Source: Anaerolineae bacterium
Lineage (GTDB): Bacteria; Chloroflexota; Anaerolineae; UBA1429
Reading direction: 5' to 3'
DNA: 64,000 bases
Assembly: GCA_963675785.1 (NCBI GenBank)
Contig: OY776562.1
Location: 1,792,001-1,856,000 of the forward strand
Below are positions 56,792 through 64,000 of this stretch, piece after piece (within the stretch, counting starts at the first letter, position 1; every line of letters starts with the position of its first letter). The notes below the pieces were generated by a model. It was not told the origin of the DNA and searched no databases. It saw only the letters and a list, made by a program, of their open reading frames with translations. The translations under genes were made by a program, and so were the position numbers.

Positions 56792-58038
56792 CGGGCACCA
56801 CTCAAACCGAGGCGCAATGCTCCTTTTGCGGACGCCCCGAACATATGGTTGGTCGTCTGATCAACGGTCCGGATGGTATTAATATCTGTGATTCGTGCGT
56901 ACAGCTCTGCCAGCGAATTCTGGAAAGCGAAGCTGAAGAAGACGATCTTCCGCCTCTCTCGTTGAGTCAGGTACCTACTCCACGCGAGCTTTCTGCCGCC
57001 CTTGACGAGTATGTCATTGGGCAGGAACGCGCCAAGCGTGTTCTTTCTGTAGCCGTGTACAACCACTATAAGCGAATTTCGGTACAGGGCTCGGTGGATG
57101 CCAACGCTGATGTCGAGCTATCCAAGAGCAACATCCTGCTGTTGGGGCCAACGGGCTGCGGCAAAACGCTTCTTGCCCAAACGCTGGCTCACGTGTTGGA
57201 TGTACCCTTTTGCATTGCGGATGCAACCTCGCTCACTGAAGCCGGCTATGTCGGTGAGGATGTAGAGAACATCCTCACTCGCCTACTGCAGGCTTCGGAC
57301 TATAACGTCAAACGAGCAGAGCGGGGTATCATTTATATTGACGAGATCGACAAGATCGCCCGTAAAACCGGCGGCAATCCCTCGATCACCCGCGATGTCT
57401 CGGGGGAGGGTGTACAGCAAGCCTTACTCAAGATATTGGAGGGCACCGTAGCCAACGTGCCCCCGCAGGGCGGCCGCAAGCACCCGCATCAAGAATTCGT
57501 TCAACTGGATACGTCCAACATCCTGTTCATCTGTGGCGGAGCCTTTGACGGCCTTGAAGAGGTCATCGGCAAGCGCGTCGAAACGGGCATGGACATGGGC
57601 TTTAATGCCGCTAAACGCGGCAAAGCCGAGCTTTCGGCAGTTCTGGAAAAGGTTGCCGGTGAAGATCTGGTGCATTACGGTCTGATCCCCGAGTTTGTCG
57701 GACGCGTGCCCGTCATCGCCACAGTACAAAGCCTTGACGAAAATGACATGGTGCGCATTCTCATCGAGCCGCGCAACGCCCTGATACGACAGTACAAACG
57801 GCTCTTTGCCCTGGATAATGTCGAACTCACCTTTACCGAAGAGGCCCTCAGAGCGGCAGCTCACGAGGCCATCCAATCCAAGATGGGTGCGCGCGGCTTG
57901 CGCAGCATTATCGAAGAGACACTTTTGGATGTGATGTATGAACTCCCCTCACATCCTGAAATCACGGCCTGGGCGGTAGACGCAGAAACTGTGGCAAAGC
58001 GTCACGACCGCAATCCGGATATTCAGCAAGCGGCATAA
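56788..58038 (+). CDS. clpX: ATP-dependent Clp protease ATP-binding subunit
   Basis: CSFCG..ICDSC zinc finger, [32 protein letters not shown]. Confidence 0.97.
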   Translation: MTGTTQTEAQCSFCGRPEHMVGRLINGPDGINICDSCVQLCQRILESEAEEDDLPPLSLSQVPTPRELSAALDEYVIGQERAKRVLSVAVYNHYKRISVQGSVDANADVELSKSNILLLGPTGCGKTLLAQTLAHVLDVPFCIADATSLTEAGYVGEDVENILTRLLQASDYNVKRAERGIIYIDEIDKIARKTGGNPSITRDVSGEGVQQALLKILEGTVANVPPQGGRKHPHQEFVQLDTSNILFICGGAFDGLEEVIGKRVETGMDMGFNAAKRGKAELSAVLEKVAGEDLVHYGLIPEFVGRVPVIATVQSLDENDMVRILIEPRNALIRQYKRLFALDNVELTFTEEALRAAAHEAIQSKMGARGLRSIIEETLLDVMYELPSHPEITAWAVDAETVAKRHDRNPDIQQAA

Positions 58039-58111
58039 CACCCTGCCTGCAGGAAAACCCGTATGACAATGGCGGATGAGCAAGAATTACTGCTTATCCG
58101 CCTTCTATATG

Positions 58112-58140
58112 TTGACACATGTTTACCTTTTTCCTAGAAT
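58112..58140 (+). promoter_or_regulatory. Sigma70-type promoter of alaS
   Basis: TTGACA (58112-17) -17 bp- TAGAAT (58135-40), just after a GGCGGAT..ATCCGCC hairpin at 58071-58102. Confidence 0.75.
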
Positions 58141-58170
58141 ACGTTGAATTCTTTACTGGGAGACTGCTTG

Positions 58171-60813
58171 ATGATCACGAGTGCCGAGATTAGAGCGCGC
58201 TTTTTGCGCTACTTTGAAGAACACGGACACACCATTGTGCAGAGTTCGTCTCTGCTGCCGGGCAATGACCCCACACTCCTCTTTGTTAACGCCGGAATGG
58301 TTCCATTCAAAGATGTGTTCACCGGCGCTGAAGTGCGGCCCTATCTCCGCGCCACAACATCCCAAAAGTGCATGCGAGTCAGCGGCAAACACAATGACTT
58401 GGACAGCGTTGGCCCTTCGCCCAGGCACCATACCTTTTTCGAGATGCTGGGCAACTTTTCCTTTGGCGATTATTTCAAGCGCGAAGCCATCACCTTTGCC
58501 TGGACGTTCCTGACCAAGGAAATGGGGCTCGATCCCGACAGGCTTTGGCCCACCATCTATACCGATGATGACGAAGCCTTTGCCCTGTGGCAAGAGATTG
58601 CTGGTTTGCCTCCCGAACGAATTACGCGTTTGGATGCCAAGAGCAACTATTGGTCGATGGGCGACACCGGCCCTAACGGCCCTTGCTCTGAGATCATCTA
58701 TGATCGCGGCCCTGAGGCCTGCACTTGCGGCAATCCCAACTGCACACTAGCGGATGAATGCGATCGCTGGCTCGAGTTGTGGAACCTGGTGTTTATGCAA
58801 TTCGAGACCCATGCAGACGGCACCACGACACCCCTGCCTCGCCCTAGTATCGATACGGGCCTGGGCTTGGAGCGTATTACCTCAGTATTGCAAAACGTCG
58901 ATAACAATTATGATACCGACGTTTTCATGCCGATTATGGAGCGCATGCGCGAATTGGCAGGCATGTCTATTCAGGAAATGCGCGCCAACATTGTGCCTTT
59001 TCGCGTCATCGCCGATCATTCTCGCGCCATCGCCTTTCTCATTGCCGACGGTGTGATGCCAGGCAATGAAGGCCGCAACTATGTGCTGCGCATGGTGCTG
59101 CGCCGTGCGGCCCGTTTTGGCCGCAAGCTGGGCATGGATCGCCCCTTTTTGGCCGAAACGACGCAAGTGGTCATTGATACTATGGGCCAGCATTATGTCG
59201 AATTAGTAGAACGCGGCGCCTTTATCAAGGACGTGGTTACCCAGGAAGAAGAGCGCTTTTTGCAGACGCTCTCTGTGGGCCTGACCCGGTTAGAAGAGCT
59301 CACCAGCGAACTGGGGAGTCAGGGAAAGCAGACTATCCCCGGAGACGAGGCCTTTAGGCTGTACGACACTTTTGGGTTTCCGCTAGAACTCACACGGGAT
59401 GCCGCTGAAGAAGCCGGCTTTTCGGTGGATGAAAAAGGGTTTGCCGCAGCTATGGCCGCCCAAAAGGAACGGGCTCGCGGCGCCACCCGCTTTGCCGCCG
59501 ATAATGCCGCCGAATTATACCGCTCTCTGGACCTCAAACCGACAGTTTTTTGCGGTTACGAGACCTGCGATACACAAGCTACTGTACTGGCCATTGTGCG
59601 CAACGGTGAGTCCGTCTCTTCTGCTTCTGAGAACAGTGAGATAAGCATCGTTCTCGATACCACGCCTTTTTACGGCGAATCTGGCGGCCAGGTAGGCGAT
59701 ACCGGCTATATAGTTGCCAATGACCTTGTTATTGAGGTAACTAATTCGACACGCCCGCTTCCCGGTCTTTTTGCGCATCATGCCATCATTCGCACGGGAA
59801 CGGTGAGTGTAGGCGATTCCGTTATAGCTCAGGTGGATGAGGAGCGGCGCCTGGACATTGCTCGCAACCACACCGCCACCCACCTGCTGCACCGCGCTTT
59901 GCGTCAAATTCTCGGCGAACACGCGGCTCAGTCTGGTTCGCTGGTAGCACCCGAGCATCTTCGCTTTGACTTTTCGCACCTTTCGGCCATGAGCACCGAG
60001 CAGCTGCGCCAGGTCGAAGATATCGTCAATGCGGAAATTCGCCAAGATGCCCCTGTCTCTACACGTGAAACGTCGCTCGATGAGGCTCGCCAGCAAGGGG
60101 TTATTGCCCTCTTTGGCGAAAAATACGGTGACCGCGTCCGCGTGGTAAACGTAGAAGGATTCTCTTCCGAGCTGTGCGGCGGTACTCACCTACACAGCAC
60201 CGGTCAGATTGGCTGCTTTTTCATCAAAAGCGAAGCCAGCGTCGGATCGGGGCTACGGCGTATTGAAGCCGTAACTGGACGTGGCGCGCTGGCTTTTGTC
60301 CGCAACCACATGGACCGACTCAACCGCGTGGGAGAGTTGGTTTCTTCACGGCCCGGCGAAGAGGCTGAACGTGTCGCCGCGCTGATGCAAGAAGTCAAAG
60401 ATCAACGCAAAAACCTGCAAGACCTGCAGCGCGAGATAGCTGCAAAAAGCGTTGACTCGCTGACTGATTCTGCGGTAGAAATAAGTGGTACAAAGGTTCT
60501 GACTGCCGTTGTACAAGCCGTTGATGTAGATACATTGCGTGATATGTGCGACCAGTTCCGCGACAAGCTGGGAAGCGGTGTTGTGGGCCTGGGTGCTGTT
60601 ATTGATGAAAAGCCCTTGTTGATCGTTTCGATCACAGCAGATCTCGTCAAGCGAGGCCTGCACGCTGGTAAACTGGCTGGTGCGGCCGCGCGCCTGATGG
60701 GCGGTGGTGGTGGCGGCAAGCCCCATATGGCTCAAGCAGGCGGCAAAGATGCCTCCAAGATTGAAAAAGCAGTCTCGAATATCAAACAACTGGTTACTGA
60801 TGCCCTGAATTGA
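58171..60813 (+). CDS. alaS: Alanine--tRNA ligase
   Basis: DPTLLFVNAGM, RHHTFFEMLGNFSFGDYFK, WNLVFMQF, HTATHLLH, ELCGGTH, GGGGGKP..AQAGG. Confidence 0.98.
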   Translation: MITSAEIRARFLRYFEEHGHTIVQSSSLLPGNDPTLLFVNAGMVPFKDVFTGAEVRPYLRATTSQKCMRVSGKHNDLDSVGPSPRHHTFFEMLGNFSFGDYFKREAITFAWTFLTKEMGLDPDRLWPTIYTDDDEAFALWQEIAGLPPERITRLDAKSNYWSMGDTGPNGPCSEIIYDRGPEACTCGNPNCTLADECDRWLELWNLVFMQFETHADGTTTPLPRPSIDTGLGLERITSVLQNVDNNYDTDVFMPIMERMRELAGMSIQEMRANIVPFRVIADHSRAIAFLIADGVMPGNEGRNYVLRMVLRRAARFGRKLGMDRPFLAETTQVVIDTMGQHYVELVERGAFIKDVVTQEEERFLQTLSVGLTRLEELTSELGSQGKQTIPGDEAFRLYDTFGFPLELTRDAAEEAGFSVDEKGFAAAMAAQKERARGATRFAADNAAELYRSLDLKPTVFCGYETCDTQATVLAIVRNGESVSSASENSEISIVLDTTPFYGESGGQVGDTGYIVANDLVIEVTNSTRPLPGLFAHHAIIRTGTVSVGDSVIAQVDEERRLDIARNHTATHLLHRALRQILGEHAAQSGSLVAPEHLRFDFSHLSAMSTEQLRQVEDIVNAEIRQDAPVSTRETSLDEARQQGVIALFGEKYGDRVRVVNVEGFSSELCGGTHLHSTGQIGCFFIKSEASVGSGLRRIEAVTGRGALAFVRNHMDRLNRVGELVSSRPGEEAERVAALMQEVKDQRKNLQDLQREIAAKSVDSLTDSAVEISGTKVLTAVVQAVDVDTLRDMCDQFRDKLGSGVVGLGAVIDEKPLLIVSITADLVKRGLHAGKLAGAAARLMGGGGGGKPHMAQAGGKDASKIEKAVSNIKQLVTDALN

Positions 60814-60853
60814 TGATCCCGATTCCCGTATATTGGGAAAGGAGCACGCATCC

Positions 60854-62119
60854 ATGGCTTTATTGCGATTCCCTCGCAAGAATGCAATAACTGGCACGCC
60901 AAGATACCACAGCATTGTATCTTGGGAGCCCGGTGAGGTGCGTGCTTCGGTCATCGAAGCCACCAGCGGATCAGCCCAGTTGATCGGTGTGGGCTTTGCC
61001 CCTGTGCAGGGCATTGATTCCGGGGAACGGCCAGATGTTGACGAATGGACCAAGAGTTGTGAAGAAGCACTATCGAACGCAGAAGAAATGACGCGTGAAG
61101 CCGCCGGGCACCGTGTTATCCCCGATCTTGTCACCATGAGCGTCCCTCCCCTGCTGACTGACACCCATCCCATCGTCGTACACCGGGAGCGAATGCACCC
61201 AGATCGAATCATCAGCTATGGCGAAATGTCAGCCCTGGCCCGTCGAGGATATCGCCAGGCCCAGGATGAACTGGAATTGGGACGGAACAAGAACGGCCAG
61301 GACGTCGTCTTTGGGTCAGTTGCGCGTGTTTTGTTGGACAGGCAAAGCGTCATTGACCCCCTGGGCTTGCAGGGACAAGAGATTGAAGCGCACCTGAGTT
61401 TTGACCTGCTTCCCGTAGCTTGGATTCGGGCGCTGGAGGTGGTTTCGAATAGATTGGAACTGTGTCTGGCCGGCATTGTACCGCAGCAGGCAGCTTATGC
61501 CTCACCATTGACCGGCTCGGACGTGTTGTTGATTGCGATCTATGATCACTTTACCTCAGTGGCCAGGTGCCGCCGGGGTCGCATAGAATGGGCTCGTTTG
61601 GCAACTATGGGCGAGCGGGATATCGTTATGAGCACTGTGCAATCCGTCGGGTTACGCGGGCGCCAGGCCGATACCATGCTCAATGCCTTTCGGGCGGGGA
61701 ATCTGGCAACAGATTTGGATCGCATTTTGGCCAATGCCTTTTGGACCGAGTTAAAACGCTGGATGCGGTGCATTGCGGATCTTGTGGGCGAAGCGGATCA
61801 GTCGGGCGATGTGCCAACTGCCGTGTATGTGGCAGATACAACCCGGCGCTTCCCAGAGGCAGCCATGGCGCTGCAAGAACCTTACTTTGAGGACCTGTTG
61901 CCCTTTGGTCAGTGCCCCCAAGTTTATGTGATGCAGAGCGGTAACGTGGGCAGCGTACTCGACCTGACCACCAATGCAGCAGATCCCGGTTATCTAGCTT
62001 TGCGTGCTCTGGCTCATTACGTGGCAAGATTTTACGCTACCAATGAGAACCTGGATCGAGCCGTTGCTGAAAATCTTCGTTGGAAGACGCTCAACCGCTT
62101 TGGTCCAGCTAGTGGATAA
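60854..62119 (+). CDS. Degenerate FtsA/PilM-like actin-fold protein
   Basis: VRASVIE...LIGVGFAPVQGIDSG..D..C.EAL.NAEEM (FtsA N-terminal pattern), DPLG.QG, IVPQQAAYA; canonical DIG phosphate motifs are replaced; ATG 60854 with AAGGAG RBS. Confidence 0.6.
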   Translation: MALLRFPRKNAITGTPRYHSIVSWEPGEVRASVIEATSGSAQLIGVGFAPVQGIDSGERPDVDEWTKSCEEALSNAEEMTREAAGHRVIPDLVTMSVPPLLTDTHPIVVHRERMHPDRIISYGEMSALARRGYRQAQDELELGRNKNGQDVVFGSVARVLLDRQSVIDPLGLQGQEIEAHLSFDLLPVAWIRALEVVSNRLELCLAGIVPQQAAYASPLTGSDVLLIAIYDHFTSVARCRRGRIEWARLATMGERDIVMSTVQSVGLRGRQADTMLNAFRAGNLATDLDRILANAFWTELKRWMRCIADLVGEADQSGDVPTAVYVADTTRRFPEAAMALQEPYFEDLLPFGQCPQVYVMQSGNVGSVLDLTTNAADPGYLALRALAHYVARFYATNENLDRAVAENLRWKTLNRFGPASG

Positions 62120-62131
62120 CAAGGAGATATC

Positions 62132-63637
62132 TTGGCAGTCGTAAGCGTCTATCATCTCACGCGTCGAGACACAGTTTATACGGCGCGTGAGCTTTTGCGT
62201 CAGGCTGAGCCCGAAAGTGAAGTCTGGCTTGTACTACCCTGGCGCGTCGCCTGGGCTCGCAAACAGGTCAATCTTGAGCTGCTCAAGCGCATGGCATACA
62301 CCGCAAATGTCGATCTGCACCTCGTTACCCGCCATATCGAAACTCGCGAGATGGCTATAGAGACGGGCTTGCGCGTTCATACCTTTATTCCCATCTCGCT
62401 GGCCAAGAATGAGCAATCGACCACAACGCCCGAAGCAGAAAGCCGCTTCAGAAACGCCAAGAGGCGCGCAGCCAGTCAGCAGGAGCGAAAATCATTTAGC
62501 GTCGGCAGCGCTCTTTGGGGACTAGCCACTGTGCTATTACTCGTTGGCGTCCTTGGTGGTGTGATGGCTATTTTCGTGCCTCAGGCAGAAGTCACCATCA
62601 AGCCGCAAGCCGAGCCTGTCGAAGCCCAGTTTACCGTGACTGTAAACACGGAATACACCAGCATTGATTACGGCCGCGCCATGATACCAGGTAAGAGCGT
62701 CCAGGTGATCGTCGAAGGGCGAGGCGAATCGGCGGCTTCTGGCAGCACAGAAATTGCTGGAACGCATGCTACAGGCAATGTAGTTTTTGCCAATCGCACC
62801 TCGCAGACCGTTACTGTACCCCAGGGTACTATTGTACGCACCAGTTCCAGTTCGCCTGTGCGCTTTTATACCACTGCGGATGTAGAGATCGCCGGACAGA
62901 TCAACGCCATCGCCAGTGTCCAGGTTATCTCGGTGGATGCTGGCCTAGAGAATAATGTCAATGCCTGGACCATTAACGTAGTAGAAGGTGAACTCGCCAA
63001 CTCGGTCAGCGTGCTCAATGCAGAAGGTTTGTACGGTGGCGGCAACACCAGTGTGCCTGTCATCGCCACAGAGGACTTTACAACCGTGCGTGATGAGACG
63101 ATCGAACTGCTGGGAAGCCAAGCATATGAGCAGCTCTTGGCCGAACTGGATGAGGGGGAGTTCATCCCGGCTGATACGCTCGAAGTGCTGGTCATGTCGC
63201 AAGAGTACGATCAGGTGGTTGGGCAACAGAGCGACACCATCAGCATTAGCATGAAAGTTGTGGCTCGAGGAACTGTTATATCCAGCGATGATCTGACCGA
63301 TTTAGCCATGGCCATGCTAGAAAGCAAAGCGACAACGGGCACTTCACTCATCGAGAGCAGCATCGCTGTATCACGTTCAGCCACTTTGCTAAACGATGAC
63401 GGCAATGTAACCATGACTCTTGAGGCTCGGGGCATGGCGGCGCCAGAGATCGATACAGAGGCCCTATTGGACGAGATCGCTGGCAAGAGCAGCGACAAGG
63501 CCATAGAGATTCTGATGGAAGCCGTTTCACTCACCGAAGAACCCACCATCGACATCTCGCCCGAAAGCTGGAACAAGTTGCCCTACCTACAGGGGCGTAT
63601 CACATTCAATGTTTCAGCGCAGGTACCCGAAGAATGA
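62132..63637 (+). CDS. Membrane-anchored baseplate J/gp47-like protein
   Basis: Cytoplasmic N-domain (VWLVLP..NLELLKR), TM near aa 125-150, A.G.VVFAN..VTVPQGTIV..FYTT..V..V.AG..NV.A.TI..V.N...GG baseplate-J-like pattern; TTG start with AAGGAG RBS. Confidence 0.72.
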   Translation: MAVVSVYHLTRRDTVYTARELLRQAEPESEVWLVLPWRVAWARKQVNLELLKRMAYTANVDLHLVTRHIETREMAIETGLRVHTFIPISLAKNEQSTTTPEAESRFRNAKRRAASQQERKSFSVGSALWGLATVLLLVGVLGGVMAIFVPQAEVTIKPQAEPVEAQFTVTVNTEYTSIDYGRAMIPGKSVQVIVEGRGESAASGSTEIAGTHATGNVVFANRTSQTVTVPQGTIVRTSSSSPVRFYTTADVEIAGQINAIASVQVISVDAGLENNVNAWTINVVEGELANSVSVLNAEGLYGGGNTSVPVIATEDFTTVRDETIELLGSQAYEQLLAELDEGEFIPADTLEVLVMSQEYDQVVGQQSDTISISMKVVARGTVISSDDLTDLAMAMLESKATTGTSLIESSIAVSRSATLLNDDGNVTMTLEARGMAAPEIDTEALLDEIAGKSSDKAIEILMEAVSLTEEPTIDISPESWNKLPYLQGRITFNVSAQVPEE

Positions 63638-64000
63638 TCTTGCTCTCGCTGGACGTCGGTGACATTCGCGTTGGTGTAGCACGTTGTGACAGAAGCGGAT
63701 TGATCGTCACGCCCATTACTACATTGGAGCGCGGACAGGGCCCAGCCAGCTTTTTACGGATTGCCGAGATGGTGCGCGAATACGGCGCAGAAGCGATTGT
63801 GGTAGGTATGCCCTACCTGCCGGACGACAGCGAAGGTCAACAGGCCCGTTCAACACGAGCCTATGTTAATGGTCTGAACAAACATGTAACAGTGCCCATC
63901 CTGTTTTATGACGAGACAGAAAGCAGCAGTGAGGCCGGGGAAATTATGCGGCAAAACAAGCGCAGCCGACGACGACGAAAACAAACCATCGATGCCGTAG
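63634..64000 (+). CDS. ruvX: Holliday-junction-resolvase-like / pre-16S rRNA nuclease YqgF, partial (runs off the window)
   Basis: ATGA overlap; MILLSLDVGDIRVGVARCD, IVVGMP, FYDETESSSEA, IDAV. Confidence 0.92.
   Translation, partial: MILLSLDVGDIRVGVARCDRSGLIVTPITTLERGQGPASFLRIAEMVREYGAEAIVVGMPYLPDDSEGQQARSTRAYVNGLNKHVTVPILFYDETESSSEAGEIMRQNKRSRRRRKQTIDAV

Noticed and set aside
58038-58171. T-box leader for alaS
   Set aside because: A good promoter ends only about 30 nt before the start codon, leaving no room, and no T-box consensus is seen.
59515-61212. ORFs 59515-60189(-) and 60346-61212(-)
   Set aside because: Antisense to alaS and the FtsA-like gene; no domain signal.
62132-63637. Prophage or contractile injection system suggested by the baseplate-J-like gene
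   Set aside because: No sheath, tube, spike, terminase, capsid or integrase genes nearby; the protein has a TM segment and sits in a housekeeping operon.

Overview
Bacterial chromosomal window, most consistent with a Chloroflexota (Anaerolineae-like) organism. That assignment is inferred from a Tat-lipoprotein solute-binding protein with an Ala/Pro/Thr linker, the alaS-FtsA-like-baseplate-J-like-ruvX gene order and sigma70-type promoters. From left to right: (1) 0-20 kb accessory and catabolic genes: tsaA, a TipA-like MerR regulator with a 19-bp-spacer promoter and an internal second start, tandem GH2 beta-glucuronidases (one fused to an SCP2-like domain), a heparinase II/III-like lyase, a LacI regulator with operators and an orphan family-5 solute-binding protein. 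(2) 20-32.4 kb, a lower-GC Wzx/Wzy polysaccharide locus with CapK-like and aldolase/acyltransferase/dehydrogenase tailoring genes. (3) 35.8-46.5 kb, the standout: a full archaellum (archaeal-type flagellum) operon in a bacterium: arlB, arlCDE-like, arlG, arlF, a CheY-like receiver, a receiver-ArlH fusion, arlI, arlJ and an ArlX-like membrane protein. These are followed in the same run by bacterial type-IV-pilus-type PilN-like (two inserted PPC-like domains) and PilO-like (C-terminal LysM) genes, all behind a very AT-rich control region. (4) bdh-like ADH, wzz-like gene, MEDS protein plus hybrid kinase. (5) Core region: tRNA-Lys/Leu/Gly, tig-clpP-clpX, alaS, degenerate FtsA-like, baseplate-J-like membrane protein and ruvX (truncated). 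No CRISPR array, rRNA, integrase or transposase was seen. All family calls come from motif recognition by eye, not from database searches.
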